Assembly (NCBI GenBank): GCA_963795855.1
Contig: CAWCIZ010000003.1
Span: forward strand, 288,001 to 352,000
Reading direction: 5' to 3'
Length of the DNA: 64,000 nucleotides
Origin: Vulcanimicrobiota bacterium
GTDB lineage: Bacteria; Vulcanimicrobiota; Vulcanimicrobiia; Vulcanimicrobiales; Vulcanimicrobiaceae
Shown: positions 44,661-56,711 of the stretch, one piece after another
Position numbering within the stretch: the first letter of the stretch is position 1
How the letters are laid out: every line of letters starts with the position of its first letter
Notes under the pieces: model-generated
The model's input: only the letters and a program-made list of their open reading frames with translations
Databases searched by the model: none
Told to the model about the DNA's origin: nothing
Translations under genes and position numbers: made by a program

Positions 44661-44852
44661 ATGAAAAAGATGGATGAAAAAAACGATCGAGATCTAACCG
44701 GCCATCCCAGCGATTATGGCAGCCGAACGCTAGCCGACGACGACTCGCAGAGCGGCGAGGGCGAAGACATCGGGCGTACAGCGGACGGCGAACCGCGCGT
44801 GGAACGCGGGACGGCTGGTTCCGCAACGAGCCGCAAAGACAAAGGCGAGTAA
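44661..44852 (+). CDS. Small acidic hydrophilic (stress-type) protein
   Basis: 63 aa, D/E/G/R-rich, downstream of a sigma-B/F-like promoter. Confidence 0.55.
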   Translation: MKKMDEKNDRDLTGHPSDYGSRTLADDDSQSGEGEDIGRTADGEPRVERGTAGSATSRKDKGE

Positions 44853-44923
44853 ACGGCACGCGGCGGCGGTTCGCGCCGCTGGAGATTCGAGGAGCTGCCG
44901 ACGCGCGGCTCCAATGCAGACGC

Positions 44924-45943
44924 ATGCCCCTTTCGCTCTCTCTTACGACGCTCGAGCTCCCGCTCGTTCATCCTTTCACGATCGCGCGAGGCACCGCGTC
45001 TTCCGCGCGCACAGCCGTGTTCCGCGTAACCTGGAATGGTTTGGAAGGCCTCGGCGAATCCGTGCCGATTCCGCGCTATGGCGAATCCGTTGATAGCGTC
45101 ATCGCGTACTTTCGGGCCCACCCGCCGCGCGGCGACGATCCGTATCTGCTCGAAGAACTGCTGACCGAAGACATTCCGCCGGCGGCCCGTTGCGGGCTGG
45201 ACATCGCACTGCACGATCTGATCGGAAAAGATTGCGGTAAACCGCTCTATCGTCTCCTCGGCTTGGATCCGGCGCGAACGCCGGTGACTTCGTTCACTAT
45301 CGGAATCGGCGATCGCGAAACGACGCTGCGCAAAGTCGAAGAAATCGGCGAGCATCCGGTGATGAAGGTCAAACTCGGCCTGGGGGGCGCCCGCGAAGAG
45401 GTAGAAACGATCGAGTTGATTCGTTCCAAGTACACGGGCACGATACGCATCGACGCAAACGAAGGGTGGACGCCCGAGCAAGCCGTGGAAGTGCTGCGCG
45501 AGATGGAGCGATTCGACATCGAGTTTTGCGAGCAGCCCATCAAAGCCGGACAGCCGGAGAAGCTTCGTTTCATCAAGGAGCGTTCGAAGATTCCGATCGT
45601 CACGGACGAGGATTCGTTGACGGCAGCGGACCTTCCGAAACTCTACGGCTGCGTGGACGGAATCAACGTTAAACTCGCTAAATGCGGCGGCATACGCGGC
45701 GCGTTGAAAATGATTCATACCGCGCGCGCGCTCGGCTTCAAAATCATGCTGGGCTGCATGGTCGAAAGTCAAATATCGGCCACCGCCGCCGCGCAGATCT
45801 CGCCGCTCGTCGACTGGGCGGACATCGACGGACCGTTTCTGACGAAAGAAGATCCGTTTGCCGGCATTGCCTACCGCGACGGCAAAATCGTGCTTCCGGA
45901 CGGCCCGGGATTAGGCGTGCGCGAAAAGGCGCACGTTGCGTAA
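44924..45943 (+). CDS. Dipeptide epimerase (L-Ala-D/L-Glu epimerase / DgcA-like, enolase superfamily)
   Basis: PFTIARG, KVKLG, RIDANEGW, EQP, TDE, NVKLAKCGG, GCMVES, DIDG. Confidence 0.9.
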   Translation: MPLSLSLTTLELPLVHPFTIARGTASSARTAVFRVTWNGLEGLGESVPIPRYGESVDSVIAYFRAHPPRGDDPYLLEELLTEDIPPAARCGLDIALHDLIGKDCGKPLYRLLGLDPARTPVTSFTIGIGDRETTLRKVEEIGEHPVMKVKLGLGGAREEVETIELIRSKYTGTIRIDANEGWTPEQAVEVLREMERFDIEFCEQPIKAGQPEKLRFIKERSKIPIVTDEDSLTAADLPKLYGCVDGINVKLAKCGGIRGALKMIHTARALGFKIMLGCMVESQISATAAAQISPLVDWADIDGPFLTKEDPFAGIAYRDGKIVLPDGPGLGVREKAHVA

Positions 45944-47012
45944 CGCGCGGCGGCGCTACGCCGTTCTCGCGCCGGGCTCTTTTGCGCACAACGCCAAGAC
46001 TGCGCACGGCGTCATCCGGTACGGCGGCGATGAAACCGTCGCCGTTATCGACCCGTCGTGCGCGGGGAAAACCGTTCGCGGCGCGGTTCCCTATTTGGAG
46101 TGCGACGCGCCGATCGTTGCGGATTTCGCCGACGCGCTGAAATTCAGGCCGACTTCGCTGCTGATCGGGACTGCGCCCAAGGGCGGCCAATTGCCGCCGG
46201 ATTGGCGGGCGCAGGTTCTGGCCGCGATCCGCGCGGGACTCGAAATTGTAAGCGGGCTGCACGACATGCTCGCCGAGGACGCGGAATTCGCCGCTGCGGC
46301 TCGCGAGCATCATGCGCGCATTTGGGACGTCCGGCAGCCGCCGGACGTTCCGCTGTTCCGCGGCGAAGCATACGCGGTAAGGGCGCCGATCGCGCTCGCG
46401 GTCGGAAACGACTGCGCCGTCGGAAAGATGACCGTCATGCTGGAACTCACGCGCGCCGCAGCGCAGCGCGGGCGCCGCGCCGAGTTCGTTCCAACGGGGC
46501 AGACGGGAATCATGATCGCCGGCTGGGGCATCGCCATCGACCGCGTGATTTCGGATTTCGCAACGGGCGCTGCCGAACAACTGGTTCTCGAAGCGGCGCG
46601 GCGCAATCCGGAGTACATTCTCGTCGAAGGACAAGGCGGCATCAATCATCCGGCGTACGCTCCCGTGACCCTTTCGCTCATGTTCGGCTCCGCGCCGGAC
46701 GCGCTGATTCTGGTTGCCGACCCGAAGCGAACGCGCATCGACGTTTACCAGACGCCGACGTTGTCATACCGCGCACTCATCAGCACGTACGAAGCGTTGT
46801 GCGCAACGGTGAAACCGGCGAAGGTCGTAGGCATCGCATTGAACACGCATGGCCTTTCCGACGAACGCGCACGGGAAGAAATCCGGCGCGCGCATGCGGA
46901 AACGCAGCTTCCCGCGGACGACGTGGTTCGTTTTGGCCCGCACGCGCTCTGGGACGCCGTCGAACCCCATCTCACGAAAACCGCTCCGCTTTCCGTGGAG
47001 GTCCATGCATGA
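45936..47012 (+). CDS. DUF1611 protein (DgcN-like)
   Basis: AKTAHG, GLHD, DCAVGKM, TGQTGI, VEGQG. Confidence 0.88.
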   Translation: MRNARRRYAVLAPGSFAHNAKTAHGVIRYGGDETVAVIDPSCAGKTVRGAVPYLECDAPIVADFADALKFRPTSLLIGTAPKGGQLPPDWRAQVLAAIRAGLEIVSGLHDMLAEDAEFAAAAREHHARIWDVRQPPDVPLFRGEAYAVRAPIALAVGNDCAVGKMTVMLELTRAAAQRGRRAEFVPTGQTGIMIAGWGIAIDRVISDFATGAAEQLVLEAARRNPEYILVEGQGGINHPAYAPVTLSLMFGSAPDALILVADPKRTRIDVYQTPTLSYRALISTYEALCATVKPAKVVGIALNTHGLSDERAREEIRRAHAETQLPADDVVRFGPHALWDAVEPHLTKTAPLSVEVHA

Positions 47013-48645
47013 AGATTCGCAGCATCCTCGCGCTCGCACTAACGTGCGCGTTCGGGCTCTCAGCGTGTTCGAAAACCGGCGGCGGACCCAGCGGCGCAGG
47101 AGGGCATAACCCCTGGACGCAGCACGGCGTTTTGCGCGTCGGCAACGTGGACGAGCCGGACAGCCTCAATCCGCTCTTCGCGCACACGGACTCGACGGAT
47201 CAAGTCGCGGGCCTGATCTACGCGGGGCTGCTCCGCTATGACGACAACGGCAATTTCATTCCGGATCTCGCGACGGCAGTGCCGACGTACCAGAACGGCG
47301 GCATCAGCAAGGACGGAAAAACGATCACGTTCCACCTTCGGCACAACGCGAAATGGTCGGACGGCGCGCCGCTCACGGCCAACGACTGGCTGTTCACCTA
47401 CCATTCCGTCTTGAACCCGGCGAACAACACCAAGACGCGGTACGGCTGGGACGAGATCGCATCCGCCCTCGCTCCGGATCCTTACACGCTGGTCGTCCAT
47501 TTCAAAGTCGTGGACGGCTCGATTCTGGGACTTTTCGGCAGCGCCGGCGGCGCCGCGTACCCGCCTTTGCCCGCGCATCTGCTGGCGAAACTGCCCGACT
47601 TGAACCGCGTGCCGTTCAACGCGCATCCGATATCGAGCGGGCCGTTCGTTCTGCAGCAATGGAATCACGGCTCCTCGCTCGTCTTCACCGCGAATCCCTA
47701 CTACTTCCGCGGCGTGCCGAAGCTCGAGAAGATCATTTGGAAGGTCATTCCGAACGTCAACACGCTCTTCGAACAATTGCAAACGCATGAAGTCGACGTC
47801 TACGTCGGTGTGGACGAGAATCACATACCGTCGCTCGCGAACGTACGCGGAATCGTGGTAACGAAAAAGCTGATCGCCAATTGGCGGCACATGGGCATCA
47901 ACACGAGCCGCCCGCAGCTGCACGATCCGCGCGTGCGTTTGGCGCTGATCGAACTGATCGATTGGAAGCGTATAAACGACACCGTCTACCATGGATACAA
48001 CCAGCTCGCCGTGAGCGACGTCTATCCGACGCTTTGGGCCGCGCCCACCATTACCCCGTATCCGTACGACCCGCAAGGCGCGAAGAAGTCTGCTCGCTCA
48101 GGCAGGATGGTCGATGGGAGCGGACGGCGTGCTCCACAAGGGGTCGCTGGCGATGCACATCACGATTTCGACGAATACGGAAAAGCAAGAGAATCAGCAG
48201 GCGGAAGTGCAGATACAAAGCCAGTCTGCGTCCGTACGGAATCGACGTACAGATACGCAACTATCCGACGAGCCTGCTCTTCGCGCAAGGCGGACCGCTC
48301 TACCAAGGTAAGTACGATTTGGAGTGGAGCATCGAAACGAACGGGCCCGATCCCGACAACCGCGGGCTCTGGGGCGGCAAGTTCATTCCGCCGAACGGCG
48401 CGAACACGACGTGGATGAACGATCCGATCGTGAACCGCTACGCCGATCTCGCGGTGTCCACGTTCGATCGCGCCAAACGCAAAGCATACTACCAGATCGA
48501 AGAGCAGCGTATTCACCAAGTGGTTCCCGCACAGTTCTTTTATTGGGAGAACGAGTACACGGCCGCAAACAGCGATCTGAAGAATTTCAAACCCGCCGCA
48601 TTCATTCAAGACACCTGGAATTGTTGGGAGTGGTCAGATATACGA
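47009..48645 (+). CDS. Peptide ABC transporter substrate-binding lipoprotein (family 5); frameshifts near 48090, 48225 and the end
   Basis: Lipobox LSAC; PDLATAVPT, FHLRHNAKWSDG, SGPFVL; C-terminal WNCWEW. Confidence 0.85.
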
Positions 48646-48648
48646 CCG

Positions 48649-49517
48649 ATGCTCGCAATCCGGACCAACGTCGACGAACTCGCGACGTTACTCTTCGAAC
48701 CGGCCCGCGAAGGCGTCCTGAGTTGGAACACGTTCAGCGATGCCGGCTTGCTCGAATTTCGGCTTTTGCGCGGCGCATTTTCCGGCGACTCCATGGATGG
48801 CGCACGCCGAGTGGTCGGCGGACGGCCGAACGTCGTTCAGTCCTTCGCATGAGGACGTGCGCGTCGACGTCGATATCATTCGCAGCATGCAGCCGTTCGA
48901 CGGTATTGAAATTCGCGCGCGCGAGGTCGCCTTCAAGGCGATAGCGTTCGCGACCCCGGTCCGCAACGCAACCGTCGTTGCCCTACGCCGGCGAGGCGCG
49001 TATTCTCGAGGTGCCCTCTCGTTCGCAATACGTCGTTGAAGGCGAACGCGGCTGGTGCAGCCCGACCAGTCTTTCGATGCTCAACGCGTATCACGGGATC
49101 GATTACGACGTGCCTTCAACCGCGCGCGGCGTCTTCGACCGCGCCTACAACGGCACCGGGAACTGGTCGTTCAACGTCGCGTTCAGCGGAAATCTCGGAC
49201 TGCGCGCCGCAGTCGTGTACCTGCGCAATCTCGACCATGCGCAACGCCTCGTCGACGCCGGCATTCCCATAGCGATTTCGTACAGTTGGAACGGCGACGA
49301 ACTTCCCGGCGCGCCGCTCGAACATTCCGATGGTCATCTCGCCGTGCTGTGCGGATTCACCGCAAACGGCGACTGCGCGATCAACGATCCCGCGGCGCCG
49401 CATCCGCGCGTAGTCTATCCGCGTGCCGCCCTCGAGCGCGTTTGGCTTCGCACGCAAGGCATAGCGTATGCGGTCGCGCCGGCCGGCCTCGACTTCGTTT
49501 CGATCGTCAACTCGTGA
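48649..49517 (+). CDS. C39-like cysteine peptidase (frameshifted)
   Basis: [35 protein letters not shown]. Confidence 0.75.
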
Positions 49518-50030
49518 GCGTTCAGCCGCAGCACCGTTTGGTACACGCGGTGAAGTCCGGCGTGCCGCTGCACATCGCGCTCGTCGAGCCGGAGATTCCG
49601 CCGAACACCGGAAACGTGGCGCGCCTCTGCGCCGCGACCGGATCCCAGCTGCATCTGATCGAACCGCTCGGATTCCGCATCGACGACCGCGAACTCAAAC
49701 GCGCCGGGCTGGATTATTGGGAGCATCTCGGTGTCGCCGTGCACGCATCGCTGGACGACTTTCTGGCTGCGACCGCGCACTTGCGGCGCTGGTGCTTTTC
49801 TACTCGCGCGACCCGGCTGTACTCGGAGGCACAATTCGCGGCGCGGCGACGTGCTGGTGTTCGGCAAGGAAACGAAGGGTCTGCCGCAGCGTCTCATCGA
49901 TGAAGATCCGCAGCACGCACTGCGCATACCGCAGCGCCCGGGCAGCGTCCGCAGCATCAATCTTTCGACTGCGGCCGGGATCGCCGCGTATGCTGCACTC
50001 GAGCGTATCGGATTTCCCGGACTGCGATGA
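49514..50030 (+). CDS. trmL: tRNA (cytidine34-2'-O)-methyltransferase (frameshift near 49840)
   Basis: [34 protein letters not shown]. Confidence 0.9.
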
Positions 50031-50727
50031 GCGCGAAAGGTCGTGGCCGCTATCAATCGCGGAGGTCGTGCAGCTGCGCGAAATGTCCCGAACTGCGCGT
50101 CTATTGCGAACAGGTCGCCGCCGAAAAGAAACGCGCGTACCGCGACTGGACCTATTGGGGGAAACCGGTGCCGGCCTTCGGCGATCCGAACGCGCGCGTC
50201 GTGCTGGTGGGCCTTGCGCCCGGCGCGCACGGCAGCAACCGCACCGGGCGGATGTTCACCGGCGATGCTTCGGGCGATTTTCTCTACCCCGCGCTGCATC
50301 GCGCCGGATTTGCGACGCAGCCGTCCGCGATTTCGGTCGACGACGGGATGCAGTTGCGCGACTGCATCATCACCGCAGCCCTACGCTGCGCGCCGCCGCA
50401 AAACAAGCCCACGCCGCAGCAGCTTCGCCGTTGTTTTCCATATTTGGTTCGCGAACTCGAGCAACTCGATCGGGCGCAGGTCATCATCGGCCTCGGCGCT
50501 ATCGGCACGAAGGCGGCAATGGACGCGCTTAAAGCGCTCGACTATACGATCGAGCCGGCATGCTTGGCGATTCGGCCACGGCGTGGAAATCGCGGCCGGC
50601 AAAACGCCGCGCCGCTTGACGATTATTGCGTCATTTCATCCGAGCCGGCAGAACACGAACACCGGTAAACTGACCGCCGCCGATGTTCGATCGCATCTTC
50701 GAACGAGCGAAGGTGCTGCTTCAGTGA
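50027..50727 (+). CDS. Uracil-DNA glycosylase family 5 (UdgB); several frameshifts
   Basis: YWGKPVP, GLAPGAHGSNRTGRMFTGD, CAPPQNKP, FHPSRQNTNTG. Confidence 0.88.
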
Positions 50728-51091
50728 AAGTGCGTGATGCGGCCGCACGAATCAACCGCCTTGTCCGGCACCATCATGCCGCCGGCGCCCGCCCGAAAAC
50801 TCTGAATGCGTAAGGGCGGCGCGTTGACGGCTTCAGGCCCGTACGTGGCTTCGGCCCGCTTGAGAACGTCGTGGTCTTTCTCGATGTTGTGGGCGCTTTG
50901 CGCGAGCAGGTATTGCTGCACCGCGCCGTTCTTGGCGAACAGGATGCGGTAGACGACGCCGCTGCTCGCATACGTGGCCATACCGCAGAATCGCGGCTGC
51001 GCGGCGGCGCCGCGCTCGTGCCCGAGAGTGAGAACGAGCACGCCTGCAAGCAACGCGCATGCGGCGGCGATAGAGAGCGGAGTCGATGCAT
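50721..51091 (-). CDS. Hypothetical exported protein (probable frameshift near the N-terminus)
   Basis: Hydrophobic leader followed by about 100 aa of open frame; fills the gap after aspS. Confidence 0.5.
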
Positions 51092-51127
51092 CTGTACCTG
51101 GAGTATCGGCGGGTCGGGGACGCGTCT

Positions 51128-52889
51128 TTACGAAGCCTCGGGCTGCGCCGGTTTTAAGCCCAAATCCCGAACGAGACGATCGGGCACCGGCGACGGCGCA
51201 TCCATCATGACGTCGCGCGCCAGCTGATTCTTCGGAAATGCGATGACGTCCCGAATGTTCGTCTCCCCGGCTGCAAGCATGACGATGCGATCGATGCCGA
51301 GTGCCATGCCGCCGTGCGGAGGCGCTCCATAATCGAGCGCGCGAATGAAAAAGCCGAAGCGGTCCTCGATCTGCTCGTCGCTCATGCCCAGCATGGTGAA
51401 GATGCGGCGCTGGAATTCTGGCTTATGAATGCGGATGGAGCCGCTGCCCAGCTCGTATCCGTTCAGCACCATGTCGTAGTGCTGCGCGCGCATTGCCATC
51501 GGATCCTTGTCGATGAGATCCCATTGATCGGGCGCCGGCGCCGTGAACGGATGATGAGCCGGCGCGGGTTGTCCGGTTTCTTCATCGCGCTCGAACAGCG
51601 GAAAGTCCGTCACCCATGCGAACGCGAACGCTGCCGGATCGCGCAGACTGCAGCGATCGCCGATCTCCAAACGCATCTTTCCCGCGACCGCCGCGCGCGG
51701 CATCTGCGGCATCCGCGAACAGCAGCACGGCATCGCCGGTTTGGGCACCGACGCGGTCGCGCAGCGCGCCGATCGCCGCATCGTCGATGAATTTCGCGGC
51801 GGAACTCTTGGTGCCGTCCTGCCCGAGCGCGATCCATACCATGCCTTTCGCGCCTTGCTGCTTCGCAAGTTCCGTGAGCGCATCGAAATCGCGCCGTGAA
51901 AGCGCGGCGCCGCCCGGATAGCGCAGCGCGACGATGGCGCCTTTCGCGTCGATGACCGACTTGAAGACGACGAATTCCGTCCCCGCGAAGACGTCGTTGA
52001 CTTGCCGCAGTTCTAGCCCAAAGCGCAAATCCGGCTTGTCGCTCCCGAAGCGTTCCATGACCTGCGCGTGCGAATAGCGCGGAAATGCCGGCAAATCCAC
52101 GTCCAGAACGCGTTTCCAGGCAAAGCGCATGCAAGACTCCATGAGTTCGAGCACTTCGTCTTGCGTGGCGAACGAAAGTTCAACGTCGATCTGCGTGAAT
52201 TCGGGCTGCCGATCGGCGCGCAGATCCTCATCGCGCATGCAGCGCGCAATTTGCATGTAGCGCCCGAAACCGGAGATCATCAAGATCTGTTTGAGCAATT
52301 GCGGCGACTGCGGCAGTGCGTAAAACGCGCCGTGCTGCAGTCTGCTCGGAACCAGATAGTCGCGCGCGCCCTCCGGCGTGGACTTGATGAGCATCGGCGT
52401 TTCGATTTCCAAAAATCCGCGATCGTCGAAGTAGTCGCGCATCGCTTTGACGATCTTGTGCCGCATCGCGATGTTACGCTGCAGCCGCGGCCGGCGCAGG
52501 TCGAGATAGCGGTACTGCAGGCGCAAATTCTCCTCGACGTCCTCGTCGCTGTTGACGGGAAACGGCGGAACGAGGGAACGGTTCAGCGTTTCGAGGTCGT
52601 CGACTCCGACTTCGACCTCGCCAGTCGACAGTTTCGGATTCTCAGTGCCGGAAGGGCGCTTTCGCACCGCGCCGCGCACGCGAATCACGTCCTCGTGGCG
52701 CAGATGTTCCGCATCCTTGAACGACGCATGGCCGGGATCGAACACGACCTGCGTAACGCCTTCGCGGTCGCGCAAATCGACGAAGATCAGGCCGCCGTGG
52801 TCGCGGCGGCGATTCACCCAGCCGTTCAGTTCGACCGTGGTGCCGACGTCGACGGCGCGCAGCGCGCCACAGGATCGCTTTAAGGACAC
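51128..52889 (-). CDS. aspS: Aspartate--tRNA ligase (frameshift near 51695)
   Basis: RRRDHGGLIFVDLRD, STPEGARDYLVP, RQPEFTQID, GAPPHGG. Confidence 0.97.
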
Positions 52890-53794
52890 GGCTCGTCTTG
52901 ATCTTTCTCCGCCAGTGCGGTTTTGATGCCGGAAACGTAATAATACTGTTGGATGAGGTCGCGCGCAAATGCCGATTCCGCGGTCCGCCGATCGAAGTAG
53001 CCGAGTACCCACGGCAGGTTCGTTAGGGCGCTGTGCAGCCCGAGCGATACCGGCGTCATTCCCAGATTCGCTTTCACGGCGAAATGCGGGTGTTTGCGAT
53101 AGAAGCGGACGGTCGAGCGTCCGGCCAACTTCATCTTCTCGATCTGATCTTCGTGCGGCACGTCCTGACAATGGTAATTCACGGCGCGCGGTTCGTACAA
53201 AATCCGAACGCCGTCCCGCTGCAGCCGGTAGCCCAATTCCAAGTCTTCGTGCCCGTAGCCCGTGAACGTCTCGTCGAAGCAGCCGGCCTGCAGCAGATCC
53301 TCACGCCGCACGGAAGCGTTTCCGGTCAGAAAGTACAACCAACTCAGTCGTTTTCGGGCGGGCGGGTGCAGCGAACCGCGCTGGGACGGATGCGCGCGCT
53401 TATACTCGTAATCCTCGATCGAATGCACTTGCACTTCCCATCCGACGACCGCGATTTTGCGATCCCGCCGGTGATGCTCCAAATGTGCTGCCAGCAAGCC
53501 GGGATCCGCGATGATGTCGGAGTCGTTGAAGAGCACGATCTCGCCGCGCGCCTGCGCGATCCCCGCGTTACGCGCCATCGCGCGGCCGCTGTACGAGCCC
53601 GGTAAATGCCGCACGTTCGGGTGTTCCGCGTGGACCTGTTCCAAGTATTCCGCGGTTCCGTCGTTCGAATTCGAATCGCAGACGAGCAGCTCGTACGAAT
53701 CCCGCGCCGTGCTTTGATCGAGCAGCGAGGGAATTACGTGCCGGAGCGTGTCAAGCCGGTTGTACGTCGGAATGACTACGGAGAGGTCAAGCAT
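52880..53794 (-). CDS. Glycosyltransferase family 2
   Basis: SVVIPTYNR, ARNAG, GYGHEDLELGYRL. Confidence 0.9.
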   Translation of the reverse strand: MLDLSVVIPTYNRLDTLRHVIPSLLDQSTARDSYELLVCDSNSNDGTAEYLEQVHAEHPNVRHLPGSYSGRAMARNAGIAQARGEIVLFNDSDIIADPGLLAAHLEHHRRDRKIAVVGWEVQVHSIEDYEYKRAHPSQRGSLHPPARKRLSWLYFLTGNASVRREDLLQAGCFDETFTGYGHEDLELGYRLQRDGVRILYEPRAVNYHCQDVPHEDQIEKMKLAGRSTVRFYRKHPHFAVKANLGMTPVSLGLHSALTNLPWVLGYFDRRTAESAFARDLIQQYYYVSGIKTALAEKDQDEPCP

Positions 53795-54776
53795 GTCCGA
53801 TCAGATGAGCAACAGCGTCGAGGATCTCGCCGCGAAACCGCTCCAGCGATTCCGGCGAATCATTGCCCGGCTTGCGAACCTGCACGTGCGGCACGCCGTA
53901 CGGCGCCCATTCTTGCGAGTTCAGCCGGAAGTAGCGATGTTCGAAAGCGACTACCGTAGGCCTGCGCATCGCGCTTGCGACATGCGTCGCACCGGTGTCC
54001 ACCGTCACGACCGCCCGTGCGCGTTCCACGACGGCGGCCCAGCGATAAAACGGCAGGCCGCCCAGGAGCACGTCGGCCAGACGCGACTCCGCAATCGCTT
54101 TGACGTACTGTTCGCACTCGGGCGCATACGTCACCACGAGCGGGACGCCGAACCGGCGCAGCCGTTTCATGAGCGTCAGCGTTGAATCGAACGTGCTGCC
54201 GTCGCGAAACCATCGCAAGCCCAGATGGAGTACGATCGGACTGTCCGGCAAATACGCGCTTGCCGCGCGATCTTCGTCGTTGACGTACAGCCGCAACTCG
54301 TCGACTCGCTTAGTTGCACCTGCCAGCGCGACCAAGTCCAACAGCTGCTGCACCTCGTGACGCACGGGCCGTTGCGGATTGCGATCGGCAAGACCGGGAT
54401 CCGCTTCGGAGATCATCAGGCGGTTCACGAACAGCGGCGCGGTCAGGCGCGCTGCATAGCGGCGCACGTACGTATATCCGATGCGCAGGCGCGCGCCAGT
54501 TCCGCCGGCGATGGCGAGATCGGTGCTTCGAGGTGCCAGCGCGATCGCGATGTCGGCGTTTCCCCGGTAGCGTCGACCAAAGTCACGCGGACGAACGTCG
54601 CTCGTGTACTCGACCAGTTCGTCGACGTCGCCGTTTCGCTCCATGACGATGCGATTGTACGGGCTGCACACCATCGTCAAATGCGCGTCGGGAAACGAGG
54701 CTCGCACCGTGGCGATTGCCGGCGTCGAAAGAATCAGATCGCCGATGCGATCGGTGCGCACCAAAACGATGCGCAT
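53787..54776 (-). CDS. Glycosyltransferase family 9 (heptosyltransferase-like)
   Basis: RTDRIGDLILSTP, VDTGATHVASA. Confidence 0.85.
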   Translation of the reverse strand: MRIVLVRTDRIGDLILSTPAIATVRASFPDAHLTMVCSPYNRIVMERNGDVDELVEYTSDVRPRDFGRRYRGNADIAIALAPRSTDLAIAGGTGARLRIGYTYVRRYAARLTAPLFVNRLMISEADPGLADRNPQRPVRHEVQQLLDLVALAGATKRVDELRLYVNDEDRAASAYLPDSPIVLHLGLRWFRDGSTFDSTLTLMKRLRRFGVPLVVTYAPECEQYVKAIAESRLADVLLGGLPFYRWAAVVERARAVVTVDTGATHVASAMRRPTVVAFEHRYFRLNSQEWAPYGVPHVQVRKPGNDSPESLERFRGEILDAVAHLIGHA

Positions 54777-55685
54777 CAATCGCCGGCCCGCACGCGTTCC
54801 AACTCCTCGAAATAGGCCTCGCCGGCGAGACCGCGTGCCGCGCGCGCTTCGCGCGCCGTCAGCGGACGATCGATCGAAACGTCCGCGAGCGCCGCGCGGT
54901 ACCGCCGTGCCATGTCGATGCCGCGCATCCACTTGTGCAAAAGGCGCTGGACGGCGTTGTCGCCGGTCGCCAGCGCGGTGCGCCAATGCGGATGCAGGCG
55001 CTGGAGCTGAACGGCGGTGCGCGCCTGCGCCTGCGCTTGACGGATCATTCTTTCCACGCTGCCGGCCCGCGGCCGCGGCTTGTAATGAAAAACCAAGGCG
55101 TTCTTGTTGAACACCGCTTTCACGCCGCCGAAGCGCAGCCGCAGGCCGACGTCGATGTCTTCCCACCCGTACTCGGCGAACGTTTCGTTGAATCCCCCGA
55201 TCTCACGAATGGTTTGAAGCGGCACCGAAACGTTCGTCGTCCAGAAATAGTTGCCGCTATAGTTCGTCAAATTCCACACCGGCGGCGGGAGATCGTCGAA
55301 CGACTCGACGTTGATCGCGGCGCCGCGAACGATCGCCAGCGGATGAGCCGCGTGCGTACGCAGATGCTGTTCTACGAAATTCGGCAACGGCAGGACGTCG
55401 TCGTCGATGAAGATGATGCGCTCGCCGCGCGCGCGTGAAATGCCGGCGTTGCGTCCTTTTGCCAGCCCGGAATTCGGCTGCTCGACGATGGCGAAGGGGC
55501 AGGCGGCGCGCTGCCTCGCGCGAGCTGAGGACCGCGGGAGTATCGTCCGTCGATCCGTCGTTGACCAGAACGACTTCGTACGAGTCCGCGGGCACGGTTT
55601 GCTCGAAGCACGCGTCCAGCACGCGCTCGAGCAGAGCGGCGCGATTGTACGTGCAGAGTTGGATCGTTGCCGTTAAACCGCTCAC
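54776..55685 (-). CDS. Glycosyltransferase family 2 (frameshifted)
   Basis: CTYNR, VNDGSTD, FIDDD, YGWEDIDVGLRL. Confidence 0.85.
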
Positions 55686-55700
55686 CCGCGGCCGTTTCGA

Positions 55701-56671
55701 CTAGGGCTTCTTCGGCGCCTCGGACTGCACGGGCATGCCGTCGATGCGAATGGGAGGGAAACCCACGATATCGTAGGTGCCCGAGGCCACCGCGATGCCG
55801 CAATCCTTGAATGCCGCAGAATGTCGCGAAACATCGCATCCTTGATTTCGCGAATGCCGCGGTCGGGCACGATGAAACGCAGCGCGAGATCGACCCAATT
55901 GTCGGTCATTTCGTAAAAGACCCGCGGCTCCACGTTCGGCGGCTTCAAGTCGAATACGTGTTCCAGATGCCGCCGCGCCTCGCCCGTCATCTGCGCGATC
56001 GGCGTCGTGTGCGCGCGAGCGACTTCGAGCAGGATCTGCTCGGCACGTTCGTAGTCGTCGTTATAGCCGACGCCGACGTGAATCTCTTCCCAAAGGAACG
56101 GAAAATCACGTGAATAGTTGTAGACCGGCTGATCGAAGATCACGCCGTTCGTGACGGTTACGATGCGCCCGCTGTACTGACGCGCCATCACCCACATCGC
56201 CGGATCCGCTTGGCTCTCGACGGACGGCGGCTGTCCCATCTCGAGCACCGTCGTTTGAAAGAAATCGAGCGCGATCACCTCGCCGCGCACGCCGCCGATG
56301 ATGACACGGTCTCCGATGCTGAACGTCTTACCGCGCAAAATGACGACGTATCCGGCGATGGCGATGATGAATTTCTGCAGCGCGAATGCGACGCCGGCAC
56401 CGACGAGGCCGCCCACCGTTGCGAGATGCGCATTCGGTCCGACCCAGATCGAGATGAGCGCAACGATGAAGAACACTGCGGTAAGCAGATTGATCGCTTG
56501 GTGACCCCAAAAGCGGAAGCGCTCCGCCCACGAGAACGAGCGCACGATCCGCAGCAGATAGTGCAGCGCATAGCGCGCAATGACGACGACCGCGATGAGC
56601 GTAGCGGTCAGCAGCACTTTCTCGCCGTTGAGCGCATTGACGCCTACGAGCGTCACGTGATAGAGGTGCAC
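55701..56671 (-). CDS. Small-conductance mechanosensitive channel (MscS family); frameshift near 55810
   Basis: GAGVAFALQ, FSIGDRV, VRGEVI, YNYSRDFPFLWEEI. Confidence 0.88.
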
Positions 56672-56711
56672 GAGAGGGTCATTCCCCGCTCGCAGCGCGT
56701 TTAGTGCGAAA

